From: Macrostomum hystrix
Taxonomy: Eukaryota > Animalia > Platyhelminthes
Length of the DNA: 64,000 nucleotides
Assembly: GCA_950097015.1 (NCBI GenBank)
Contig: CATNEN010000037.1
Location: 4,278,001-4,342,000 of the forward strand
Reading direction: 5' to 3'
The notes under the pieces are model-generated. The model ran no database searches. It saw only the letters and a program-made list of their open reading frames with translations, and was not told where the DNA came from. Shown here in pieces: positions 48,443-61,066 of the stretch (its first letter is position 1; each line of letters begins with the position of its first letter). Position numbers and translations under genes: made by a program.

Positions 48443-49455
48443 ATGGATCCACTGCCACAGTTCGGGGCCTTCAAGACGGTGCAGACGGTCTGCGAGGCCG
48501 TCGGAGCCGCGCTCAACCTGCTGCTGCTGATCTTCACCTTCAGGCGCAGGGTCGGCACTCGACTCAGCACGGTCCTGCTGAGAAGCCAGTGCATGCTCGA
48601 CGCTCTGGTGCTCATAGTCGATGTGCTCAGCCACCAGTATGTACTGTTCGCCTTCCCGGCTGCTTCGGTCAGCTCACTCGAGTGGGAGCTGTACTGCTCT
48701 GTGGTGTTCAGCCACATCATCTACTACATGGTGTTGGTGATGAGTGTGTACTGCTGGCCCTGTCAGCTGAGCGGTGCCTCTGTCTGACGCTTCCGTTCTG
48801 GTACCAACGGCGCGGCAAGCAGATTCTTGTGGTCAGCTTCCTTGCTGTATTGACGTCCCCGATTGTGGCGAGACTACCCTACAGTTTGCTGGCGCATAGG
48901 CTGAAGAAGAGCCAGATGCCGCTAATTGGCAGAAATAATGAAACTGCCAGTGAGCTACGAACGTGCAGTATGTTCAACGATTCCTACGCAGTCAACTTGC
49001 CGCTAGAGCTGCTCTATGCCCTGATGGTGTGGGCCCTGCCTTTCGCCACGCTGGCGCTCTATACTGTCACTCTTGTCGCCATGCGACGCACGGCTGCTCA
49101 GAGTGGACAGCTCAAAGCGGGTTGGGGAGCCAGTGGGGCTGCCAAGCGACTCACCGTCATCATCGGAGTGACCTCGGGTCTGTTTGTCATTTTGCTGGCT
49201 CCCCAGACCCTCCTCGGCGTGCTGTACATCACTGGAGCCATTCCGATGGAGCCGACGTTCTTCGCCATGGCTCTGTTCCCGTTCATGGGCAGCATCAACT
49301 CGGCCTTGAACCCCTTGGTGTTCTTCGTCTTCTGCGGCGCCCGTCCGCTGCTAGACTCGGCGAGCCTCAGCGACGAGCGCAGGGACGCCGCCAGGACGGC
49401 CCGAACATCGGGGCTCGAGCTGCCCGAGGCTGGGCTGCCAGTGAACTCATTTTAA
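48443..49455 (+). pseudogene. Rhodopsin-class orphan GPCR split by a single -1 frameshift near 48749-48751 (pseudogene or assembly indel)
   Basis: Frame A gives TM1-TM3 (GAALNLLLL, SQCMLDAL, ELYC..HIIYYMVLVMSVY); frame B continues LLALSAERCLCL, TM5-TM7 and NSALNPLVFF. One missing base joins them. Confidence 0.75.
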
Positions 49456-50332
49456 AGGAAGTGCTGGCGTCAGACTTTTTATCTTACTCTCTTATTTATG
49501 AAGCACAATTAAGCTTTACAGTCGTTAGAATTTGTCACAAATAGCCATTTTCAGCGGCTTAAAGAAAACTTTTGAGAATCTCCGTAACTATACAGATATA
49601 GCACATCTTCTGGCTTGTCAATTACACAATTGAAGACATTTTTGTGCTTGTAGTCTGTCTTGGAAAGTGTTGTTTTGTAGTCTAGGCACTTTTGTGTCCA
49701 GGCAAGATACCTTCAAAACAGACAATGACCCATAAAGGTATTTGATATTCTACATCAAATTAATTTTTTTATCAACAATTAGACAAATAAAGGATAGTAG
49801 CTTGCCGGTGTAACAAAACAACTTGGGATGTAACGCTCATGTCACTGCTTTGCGACCTTTTGTATTAGTTAGTGCGATGTCGTGAACATTTTAAACCCAA
49901 CGCCTCTCGTACGTGAGTTAGAATAAATACTTTCAAATAAAAATAGCAAAAAATGTTTTTGTTTTGACGATTTAGTCGAGCTAAAATATGAAATATTTTT
50001 CTACGAAAATAATAATTAAATAATTGTAAACACGAGTACTCTAATGTTCTGACATGGAACAAGTGGACGTGTAGGTGTGATACCAGAAATAGACAAATAT
50101 TTTTTATCGTAAATAATATTTGATCAAGCAATCGTATATATTCATGTAGTCAATCAATAACAAAAAATACGTATTTATGACATTATATATGTACTTCTTA
50201 TGACGCTTACATGTCCTACATGTCCTACATTGATTACATGTAGTCAATCAATAACAAAAAAATACGTATTTATGGCATTATGTACTTCTTAGGACGCTTT
50301 TGTCGCCTCTGAGCCGGTCAGTGCAGCAGCAA

Positions 50333-52405
50333 CTACTGTCTGCTGGCCTTTGGTTTCACTGAGGGAAGGCCCAGCCGGTTGCACAGCCGGTTGCATTCGT
50401 GAGCAGCGAAGTAGGCCTGCATGCCCGGCATGCCAAGGTTGAGCGGCGAATAGCGCGTTGTGTCGAGACAGTGAATAGCCGGGTCCGTCATCAAGATCTT
50501 GCCCCTACCTCCGGCTTCGTTTTTGCAGATTTTTCCCTGTTAAGATGTCAGAATTTTACTTCTAAGAAAAATACAACAATTTCACTTTTGATAGTTTTTT
50601 AGCCAACGAGAGATAGGGAGTTCGATTCTTGACCCAATAAAGCAATTTGCGTTCTGGTGCTAGACTGTTAAATTTAAGATTTTAGCATTAGCTGAGGTAG
50701 AAATCTAGGTGGGTGTGGCGCCCCCTTGTCCATGGAACGCACAATTACTTTATTTCTATCAATATAAAATATCAGATCATAATATCAGACTATAAACCTC
50801 CCGAAGCACTACTCTAAGTAGTTCATCACAGCTTTTTTAAGTTGAGCTTTTATAAGAGTGCTATATAGATAGCAGTTTTTTCTAGAACTTTTTCTGAAAA
50901 TTTACAAGTTAAGGAAGGGCTTGGCCACAGCAAAATAGTCTTACCTGAAGATCGACCACCATTAGGAATCCCTTCGAGTAGTGGTAGGTCCAGTGCGAAA
51001 AAGCCGCTATAAGCTCTAACAGCATGGGGTCGATGCCGTGTTTGGCAACCTTCTCGGCAGCCAGGTGCATCGAGTAGCCGCAGTTGTTAGTGAACTTGAC
51101 GAACTCACCCTCACCCAGGTACTTCCGTTCGCAGGACATCACTCGCAGTACATTCTTTTTGGGCCTAAGTATCAGCGTCCTGATCTTAAGGAATTTAATC
51201 TGAAGCGTCTCACCAACAGCTTTCGTGCGCTGATTAAAATTGTCTGCCAAGAAAGAGGCAATCGTCTGCACTTCACTGGCTGTCCGATAGCGTTCCAGGC
51301 TGTTCTGCTTGTGTCCGACCAATTTGTATTCTTTGAGCACTACCTCCGTGAACGAGCTCGACTCAGCACCAGCCGGCTGAGCGGAGTCGCTGGGAGGTCT
51401 CTGCTGACCGCCGCTCCTTCCGCCTCTCCCTCGTCCTCTGCCATGAAAGCCAGGAGCATTGTAACCCTGGAATAGATCCAGACCGTAGTAGGCAATTCTC
51501 TCAGCTCCCTCCGCAAAGGGAGTGTCTGCAACCTTCACGCGCACATTTTCGATTTTCTTCTCTACCAGTGGAACGTCGTCCTTAACGTTCTCGATTGACT
51601 CTGGAAGTTTGTACTGCAGGTAGGAGCCAATCTGCGTGAGCAGTTCGTCCCAGTTCGGAGTGCTTGGATTCAGTTGGAAACTCCTGGCCTGCATGCGCGC
51701 TGTGCCCAGCTTCGTCTTCTCGACATTGTTGTCAACCGACGTCGTGATGGAATTGATCACTGACCCGGCTATGTTAGCAATTGCCTCAACGTTGAATTCT
51801 GTGATTGGACGGCCATAGGCCAAGGAAAAAAGCTCAATCATTTGGTCTGTACTACTGTTAATCTTGCCGAAGTAGTAATCGATATCCAGGCGCTTGATCG
51901 CCTCAAAAAGTGAAGTTTCCGTCCTCCCTTGGGGATCTCCTCCTGGATATTTGTCGTCGACGTTGTGGAACCGTTTTCCGTGACAAGGCGCGTCCGCCAT
52001 ATGAAAGATGATGCGAGTTCCGGCGTCCTCCGACCACTCGAGTTGAGTGGTTGCGATCTCCAACCCACCAAAGACGTCTTCGGGTGTGTCGCCACCTCCA
52101 GATGCAGCGACATTCCGGCAGAACCTGATGCAAAGCTCCGGGTCCTCAGTGAAGCCGAGCGTCTCAAATGGGATCTTGTCTGTTAGATCCCTGTAAGCCA
52201 CCAGTGCGAATCGGAGCTTGAGAATCCCTGATAGGCTCTGCTTGCCCTGCACCAGCGAGTTCACGACCTTGTTCACGCTGTCGCGCACACCGTCGATATG
52301 CGGCTGCATACTGCTAGTTGCGTCGATCAGAAAGCAAAAGTCTACGATCTTGGAGCGGCGAATATTGGCCATGACGTGACTGATGCTCGCCTCGTTCATC
52401 TTCAT
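50333..52405 (-). CDS. vWA domain + alpha-type (eEF2K/MHCK-like) protein kinase, VwkA architecture, at least 554 aa; exons <=52405..50945 and 50536..50333
   Basis: vWA: DFCFLIDATSSM, ALVAYRD, GGGDTPED, MADAPCHG. Kinase: PFAEGAERIAY, VVLKEY, KFTNNCG, AFSHWTY..MVVDLQ|G. Exon 2 (not in the ORF track) gives MTDPAIH, NLGMPG..YFAAHECNRLC*. The open frame extends upstream to 52597, so the true start is uncertain. Confidence 0.9.
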
Positions 52406-54929
52406 TGTTGCCTCGAATGTTTCCACCAATTTGTCTTCATCCTCGATGTCCTCGCCGTACTCTCTGCCATCTCTCTCCCAGATGTTGCGTAGCCGCCGAT
52501 TCAAGCCGCTGATCTGATTTTGCCCGCTTCTTCCTCTGTGATCTTCGGAGATTAAAGTGAGAATTCGAGAGTAAAACTTGCTGTGATTAAAGTGCAATTG
52601 TTGCTAATATCACTCCCCAATAATATTCCCTATCTCGACTCACCATTAGAATATCGACTAGATGCCATAGTTCTCGTTAGCACTCAGTGGTGAATAGTCT
52701 TCAGTGTGAAGTCCAGATATTCTTTCTTTATTCTTCTTTTATGAACCACAGCTTTATGCGCATTCTGAAAAATACACCAACGTACTATCAATAACAGTAT
52801 AGTAGAGTACATAGAGTAGAGGAATGCGTACAGAGTGTACGTTTTGCTGTGGGTGTGAAGTTCTAGGGAGGCAGTGCATGTGCAATCATGATGTACGCGG
52901 TACACTCTAACTATCTGCGCAGAAAAGTTTTTTCTTAGAAATAACTTTTCTTGGAAACGTTTCTTTCAAATAAACAACTGGTGTTGATGCTGGCTTGTCT
53001 TTCCTTCCTGTTTAACAAAGCCAACCAGAGAAAAAAATACTGGAATTTTTTGTATGAAGGCCAATCTGAAAAAAATATAAGATTATACGAATTACATAAT
53101 AAATATATACGTTTTTAGTTTGAAGAATTACCAGGCTTTTTCTATTCCTCACCAGGATTTTTCGCTGACAGATTATAACAGAAATTAACGCATTGGGCCC
53201 GAGGCCGAATTCTGAGTAGTGAGACTCAAACTCTCGGGCAGCCAGTTGCTGAAGAAAATGCAGATTTTCGGACTGTATTTTATAGTGAGGTCATAAACTG
53301 TGTTAGATGGTTGGGTTTTTTAGTTTAACAAGCGGCATTCTATACAATTAAAATTGTTTTTATTTTAACAAAATACAACGCCATCTATAGGTGCTGATTT
53401 TTACATGCATTCCCCGTTTGCCCGCCAACGCAGTCTATGTCTTAAAGCATTTCATTTATTTGCCCCAGGAAATATATGATTTATTTCCATGGATGAATGA
53501 ATAGAGGCTTGTTTAGACTTCTTTTGTTGTTTACTCACTGTTTATTTTACTTTTATCACTACCATGCCTAATGGCTCAAAGCGCTATACTGTGCTGCACT
53601 AGAATGTCTGTCCAAGTCAGGGATGCGGGACTGTCCTGTGCTCCTAACATTGGGCTGTAGTGTTCCGAACTCTAATTTCATATGATTTAATCATTCTAAC
53701 AGTCTGTTCTAATCGTTACTGGTATCGTATATGTGTGTTGTTTTCCTGTTCCAATTTCACTCAATTTCACCATTCTAACAGTCTGTGTTATCATGTACGT
53801 TAATAGAATCGTGTACCACAAGTTTTGATGTGTCGCTGAAGAAATAGAACTTACTAAAAGGGCACACACAAAGGTACTCCCTCGATGATGAAACTGAACT
53901 TACTACTTAGGCCGCGGGAGAGTTCTGAGCGAAATAGAAGTTACTTGTGTTGAAATAGAACTTTAAAACCAATTTCATAACTCCAATAGTAAAATTCAGA
54001 TAAAGCATCGCCAGTAATCCATTATTGTAGCATTGTCATCGCACCCTCATCATCACCCTCGACATGAAAATCTGAAATAATTACTTTTGTAATTTGCAGG
54101 GGATTTGTAATCATTCCTCTGCTTCAATTAACAACTTCAATTGACAAACAAGTAACCAGAGAATAACGAGCGCTCGATAATCTCTGCAAGTAACCGACAT
54201 TCTCAGAGTTCTTTGCGCTTGTGCATCGAAAGAAAGGGGCGAAGGCCGAAAATTGTCTATGGCAATCATCAACCAATGAAAAGGCACGGGGGAACCGGAT
54301 GCAAAAGAGTCAAAAACGAAAATAGCCAGAGCCAGAATAGCAATCCATTCTATTCATTCATCCATGTTTATTTCCCGCTCGCCCGGGCGGATAAACGGAA
54401 CGTTTATCATAGACAACTCACATGTTGTCTGGGGGACCATTGACGTCTGGGGGAAATAAAAAGAACGTGCACAACATGAGCAGCATTGAAACTTAAATAT
54501 AATTATTATTGTCAAGAATGATATAGTCATTGCACAAGCATGCGTCGTCGCGACGATAACCTAAAGGTACCTAGGTGAAAGTATTCCTCACAATGTTGTT
54601 CTCGCCGTTGCCCTCGATCACCATGCGCTTAGAAGCCGGCGGTGGGCAGGCTTCGACAGTAAGCTACGTCTCGGACTCGGAAACAGTGGACACGGAGCCC
54701 TAGACTGACTGCGTGCCAGTCCTTGAAAATATACAACACCCAACGTACGTACAACGCACTTCTTACAACAACGTACAACAACGATCTTAATGGTGTTCGG
54801 AGGTACCGTGCCGGATATCAATTTGCCTCAGCCTCAGCCTCATGCAGTTAAGATCGAGAGCTGGCCAAAGCTCAGCAAGTATCAAATTTGATTTCCAGCA
54901 TAGACAGTCTTTCTAGCCTTACATGCCTA

Positions 54930-55270
54930 GTGTACACCACAGGTCCACAGACTCTTCTTCAACAGTATAGTTTCTAGCTTTTCATAGATAATTGATCGGC
55001 AAACAGGCGAGCCAGCTGGCAGGCAGCACGCTTATATAGGTCTGCGTTTTTGGAGTCACTTCGGGATCCTTTTTATAGATCGGTGTGATTAGGGCACTTG
55101 ACCACTGTGCAGGAGTTTGGCCGAGTCTTACGATTGCGTTAAATGGCGTTTGTCTCTTCTTGCGTTACTAGACACATCCCTCCAACGAAGTTTATATGGT
55201 CTGCGTGCCTTTTTGACACGCAGCTAGACGTGTTGACCTCTCGGTCTCAGCTTCATTGTTCGCAGAAGGT
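54930..55270 (-). mobile_element. Decayed non-LTR retrotransposon RT N-terminal fragment (possibly extending to ~55900)
   Basis: Minus-strand translation FNAIVRLGQTPAQWSSALITPIYK...RPI matches the FN..G..P..W..A.I.PI.K...NYRPI start of LINE RTs; stops and frameshifts present. Confidence 0.65.
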
Positions 55271-57559
55271 CCAGTTTAACTATTGACCGATGTATTAAAA
55301 ACTGCTTTTCCAGTTTATAAGCTGGATTGGGGCCATTCCAGTTGAGGGTCATAGAATGTCAGCGCATTTCAATCGCATAAAACCATTTTGCAAAGGCCAA
55401 TGGACTTAGAGTTAGCTTAAAGCTTTAAACTCGTAGAAATATAATTTCTAATACTCAACGTAGATACGAGTACTCATAGTTTACTTAGATAGCCATGATT
55501 GTAGGAAAACTGTACTACTAAGCTGTAGATTGTGGCTATAGCGCTTCAAGTTTTATGTTTTTCTCATCTGGTGTTTTCTTATAATTTGTCTAGCGGTTTA
55601 TTGCAGTCTAAATGTCTTTAAGGCTATAACTCCTAACGACTATCGACGCTCAGTATACCGGCTGGCAGTTGCGATCTCTCTGGATCGTTATCTCAGATTC
55701 TGCTCAATAAAGAACACGTACACAATGAGTTTTCTATAATTGGCTAACTTAACGGAGCTCAAAGCTGAATCTCTGACTAACTCGCGGGCGAATCTTTTTC
55801 CGCGCTCCGCTCCGATATATATAATGTCTTTAAAACCCCTCGATCCGAGGGGGAGACAATACCATAGCAACAGTACTCTTGAAAGTTTGAAGTGAGTGAG
55901 GTCGCAGCCTCGATTCTAGTACAGTTAGTTTCATTAGACTAGTTGGTTGGCAGGCACGCCAACCCCTTCTCTAAGGGGGGTGGGGAAAAGTCCTGAAAAT
56001 ACCTTAGTTGAGTTAGTATTCGTTCCCCTTTCTACTGAGATCTCTTTTCTACTGTTCATTATCCCCTTTCCTTTCATCGATCCCGTCTTCTTGTGCGGTC
56101 CCGGCCTCCTCCCAATCTCGTTCCCGATCGGGTCCGGGCGGCTCCAGTTTCGGCAGGGTTGGGTCGATGCAGGCAGCTGCAGGTCGGGACAGGCCGAGTT
56201 GATTCCGGCAGCTCCACGTCAGCACAGCTGCGGGTCCGGTCTCAGGCGGTTCCACGTCAGCACAGCTGCTGCCATGCCGAACCGGGTTTGTGCTGAAATG
56301 ATTAAATGATCTCGGGGCGGATTTTGTCTAATCATTCTCCTTTCAGTTGCTCGCCCTCTCTGCTGTTGCTATTTTTAGTTTAGTTTCCTACTAGCGCTTA
56401 CTTGAATTCCCTTCAGATTTCTAAGTCTTATAGGGGCAGACGCTTCGAGTCTTAAGCAGTGGCTGGTCAGCTGCTCAATGGGTTCTATAGCGGGGGGGGG
56501 TAAATAGCATTGTAGAGGGCGACAGTTGTGTGAGAGCTGATTCAGTATAGTGCCGCTAATTTTTTGCAAGTGCGAAAGTGTGTATAAATATATATTTTAG
56601 AGAAGCAAAGTGGGCAAGTGGAAAATATGGCTGAGAAAAGTGGAAACCAGAGACTTCTCTAGCTGGCACATACTCGTAGATTAATTATAAACTACAAAAT
56701 AATATTTTTTGCATTCAGGATTGAAACACACCTACAACAATAGGTAGCATTTCATTACTTTTACTTTACTTTCTTTACATATACTTTGCGCTATAAGTAT
56801 TGGCTAATGGTCGACACAGCGTGATGCCCCCAAAGTCCTGGCTAAAGCCACTGCACTGCACTGACTGATGTAGAGATTTGCTGTGATACAGGTTACTCGA
56901 TCACGAGCAACTGCATTGGTCTAATTTCTAATGTAAAGTCGAGTTTTGAGGCACGTTTGCTTGTCTATAATTGGGACCATCTACGAGCACAGTAATCATT
57001 AGCTGTAGCTAAAATACATAAACCAATAGCTAAATACGCGAGCGAATTGATTGGATTAAATAATTGGACTAATCAAATCATTGGATTAAATAATGAAATA
57101 AGGATGGAATGCGCGACTATCTTACGCCGAAGCTAATTAGCTTTAAGTACCTTAGCTATGCTAATTTGTGGCGAAACAATTAGCGGCGAAAAAGAGTTAC
57201 ATCAAGATCTAGTAGAAAATTACTTTTCTAAAAGTAGCGAGCGAGTTTAAAAAAGTGGGTTTAAAGCGAGTCGCTAGTGAAACGTGAGTATTAAAATTCA
57301 CGTACCGTATTTTTCCATTGACCTTAAAGAACCAATATATAAATTTAGGGACGAAAACTTTATACAGATTTATATTATTAAGGAATTTGAATACAAGCAC
57401 GTCCTAAAATCGCGTCTCATAGTTTTAATTTGTTTTACAGTTATAATATCCGTCGTATTGTTTTCATATTTCACACTAGTTTTATATTCTCCTTTTTGCT
57501 GATGATCAGGCTCGTCTAGCAAACGCAGCAGCGGAACTTCGATCCATGATTAATTTTAA

Positions 57560-58110
57560 TTAACTGAACTTTATTGCCAGCAAAACTACTTGGATTTGAA
57601 CATTGATAAGACCAAAGTAGTCATATTTAGCAACTCTAAAAGGATTAAAGAGCTCAAATGATAATAACCTCAAATTTATCTATAAAAATGAACCTATTGA
57701 AATTATTGAAAGCTTCAAGTATCTAGGTATCACATTTGACAGTCACCTGAATTTTATAGCCTGCTTGGACTACCAAGCAAAACAAGGTTCTGCAGCAAAG
57801 TTTTCATTCTTTATAGGATTAATAATACATCCATTGACATCTTGCTTATTAGGCCTAGCCTAAGCACTTATTTAAGACTGTTGTCATTACTGTCATCACT
57901 TATGGATGTGAGGTCTGGACTCCATTAGCAAGCCACTCTAAACTTGCTGAGCTTGACAAAATGCAAACTAAATTATACAAAGTCCTTCTTAACCTTCCTT
58001 CTTGCACAAGCAGTAAAGTTATTCTTAATGAACTCTATATTCTACCTATATCAGAAATTATCAAGAAAAGGTACCTCCTCTACTGTTTAAAGCTTAACCA
58101 CAAAAAATAA
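57560..58110 (+). mobile_element. Decayed 5'-truncated LINE, RT C-terminal part
   Basis: LNIDKTKVVIF, FKYLGITFD, YGCEVW and LDKMQTKLYKVLLNLP motifs, with in-frame stops. Confidence 0.8.
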
Positions 58111-58404
58111 ATCAAACAACTATTAGACTCTTTTTAATCCTGTGAATTGCTTCTACAGAGTTTATTAATTTACCTTTTTCTTTTTTATTTCTATAACTTA
58201 TTATACCAATAATTGTCACTTTCGTCCTTATTGCTCGTTATTTCGTGTTCTTGCGCCGCTTCAAAAAATAATCTTTCACTGAATTATTTTTCTTTTTTCC
58301 ATCTTTTTCATTATATTGTGGCCTACTTTTCAAATATACTCGTCATTACTGGCCTAACGGGTACTCTACCCGAGCCAGGTCTACAACTAATACTACTAAA
58401 GTAA

Positions 58405-58705
58405 TTAACAATAATTGATTACAACTGCCCCAATTGGGTCAGATGTGCAGCTGACAGCATAGCCGCAGCTAATGCATGGCGCATCTGAAGGCTGAGTATA
58501 GCTGTTCAGTCCATGGACTGGGGGTATGCCCCACCCACCTTCAATTATCCCAGTTGATGCTGGTACCCATTTAACAGCTGGGTGAACTGAAGCAATGCAG
58601 AGTTAAGTGTCTTGCTAAAGGACACAAATTGTTTCAGTGGAGTCAGGAATCGAACCCCCAACCTTTAAGTTGTGAGTCTGACACCCTAACCACTAGGCTA
58701 CAACC
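58405..58705 (-). mobile_element. SINE family A, copy 3
   Basis: Near-colinear with 39781..40097; GGAATCGAACC B box, CTAACCACTAGGCTACAAC head. Confidence 0.88.
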
Positions 58706-58707
58706 CA

Positions 58708-58944
58708 TACATGTGCAACCTCCCATATCTTAGCCGGCCGTGCGACTTAGTTTTTGCTCTATTTATGACTTAGTTTGCTCTCATTTGCTCTCTTTTTCTC
58801 TCCCCTTGTTCCTTTTCTTCACGCCTACCTTTTTTGTCCCTTGGTGCCCCCTTTGATTTTTTGTGCTTGGTCAATTGGTTTTTGCGACTTACCTTGCTTG
58901 GCCCTCATTTCACCTGGCCGGTTCGGCCAGGTGTTGTGCATGTA
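58708..58944. mobile_element. TA-flanked MITE, copy 2
   Basis: TACATGTGCAAC ... GTTGTGCATGTA; interior homologous to 43237..43450. Confidence 0.75.
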
Positions 58945-59679
58945 TGCTACAACCTCACACACTAAGTAAAGTACTATGAATGCAATAATAAACACTTTAT
59001 ATGTTTATCTCTTGTCTTAATGGTTTTTAACACCCTTTAAGCTAGTGTTTTTGTCAATTTGCATGTCTAATTAATTTGTAAATAAAGTAGCACAGCAACA
59101 ATAAAATTGGGTTCTAATACATTTGCTATTAATGATGAATATGCTTTTCTGTTTGAGCCTTTATATTTATATTATGACACCATTGTTTAGTTGTAGCTTA
59201 GAAGGTGGAAGTTATACAAATTAAGTAATGCAAGTAGCTAAAAGGTGTCATAATTCTGTTCTGGCATATCTTATTCATTGTTCTCAGCTAGCCGAATAAC
59301 AAATAGTATGGGTACATTTTTTTTAAATTGGTACTTGGCATAGCTGAAAAACTAGGCCTATGCAAAGTAAATTACTTTGAGCAGATTGTAATCAATACAA
59401 TGAAGAAAGTAAATATGTGTGATTGTGTGTCTAATATTTTCAAATTTTAATTGATGTAGCTATCTATGTGCTATGGTGATGTCCTTGTGGCATTTTAATA
59501 ATTTATCATTTATAAGAAATAAACTTATTAGACAATCTAGCCATTAGGCAATATAGCCATAGGAGTTAGGACTCATTAGGTTATATTGTAGCCTGGCTCT
59601 TTTCTAATAATTCAAATTCATAATACCTATAACAGCATAACACAAAAGTTATACTTCACCTTAGAAACTTTGTCCGACT

Positions 59680-60075
59680 CGGAATATTCCAACAGTTAAT
59701 GTGTTATACATTACCTGTTGGAATATTCTGACAGTTATTCCTACTCAAAAGTCAGTTTGTTTAAATACACACTCAGACAGTTATTGCAACTCGAAATTAA
59801 CTGTTGGAATATTCTGACTTGAAAGTCAGTTTGTTTAAATACACACTCAGACAGTTATTGCAACTTGAAATTAACTGTTGGAATATTCTGACTCAAAAGT
59901 CAGTTTGTTTAAATACACACTCAGACAGTTATTGCAACTCGAAATTAACTGTTGGAATATTCTGACTTGAAAGTCAGTTTGTTTAAATACACACTCAGAC
60001 AGTTATTGCAACTCGAAATTAACTGTTGGAATATTCTGACTTGAAAGTCAGTTTGTTTAAATACATGCTCAGACA
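59680..60075. repeat. 74-bp tandem repeat (~5 units) rich in inverted repeats
   Basis: GTCAGTTTG recurs at 59751, 59825, 59899, 59973 and 60047. Confidence 0.9.
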
Positions 60076-61066
60076 TAAATTTTTCATAAATTTAGTGAAG
60101 AAGCAAAAATAATTCAACCTAGGCATATTTTTAGAAATATGGCATATTAGTAACTAATGGCTGATGGGGCTATTGTATTGTCTATTGGTAAGATATGAAA
60201 CACACCTTTTGAATAGATGTCACAATAGATATCAATATTAAGCAGTTGCTATAGCTATGAAAGGACAAAAAGAATTTGCCGTTATAAAGCATCCAAAATA
60301 CTTAAGAAAATTGTTAAGAACTCTATAAAAGATAGTGGCAATGTAGAAAATTGTGCAAAAAATATATAAGTTAGCTAAATGCATTGTATATGATCTTGAT
60401 ATGGTGTGTATATATATATATATATATATATATTTGGTTATCAAGGTCTACAAAGTAAACACTTCTAGACTTGGTTTAGGTCAGCCCCACAGACAACTCT
60501 AATTTGTTTTCCTATATTGTTATGATAATTTAGCTAGCTACATAATTTGTTGTTTCTAAAAATATTTGACTGATATTTCAGCAAGTATCTCTACCCCTCT
60601 GTCAATAAGGCAATCTAAATTAAATATTTGTAGTACTAGTCAGTTGTTCATGTATAAGTTATCTAAAAACTGAAAGATAGGCACCTAGTGGCCTATTTGG
60701 CCACTAGGAGATTAATATCTGTCAATTGGCAACATAGAAACTTCATAAAACAGAGTGCTGTGAAAAATATTGTTACTAAAAACATGTATGCTTTTATGTT
60801 CTTGTAAAATATTCTTAGATTAATCTGCATAGGGAAGCCTTTTATATTTTTTACAAGTCCAACCTCTTCAATCTGCCCCCACCCTGTGATATATGACACC
60901 ACTTTGTCTCGTGTATTAGTATGAGACGTTTTTTCAACAAATCACTAAATTAGTATGTATGCCTCGTAGTAAGGCCTATTTTGAATATAGCATTAATCAC
61001 CAGAGCTCTAAAAGCTTGTCTTCCTTAATGTTTTTTTCAGTGTCAATAAAAGAGTCAAGTTGTCCA

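Noticed and set aside
50141-50300. ~65-bp direct duplication downstream of the kinase stop
   Set aside because: A local AT-rich tandem duplication with no further structure.
55947-56330. LTR or gag-like gene (purine tract, 18-bp direct repeat CCACGTCAGCACAGCTGC)
   Set aside because: No second LTR, primer-binding site or recognisable protein motif; it may be part of the decayed LINE but cannot be supported.
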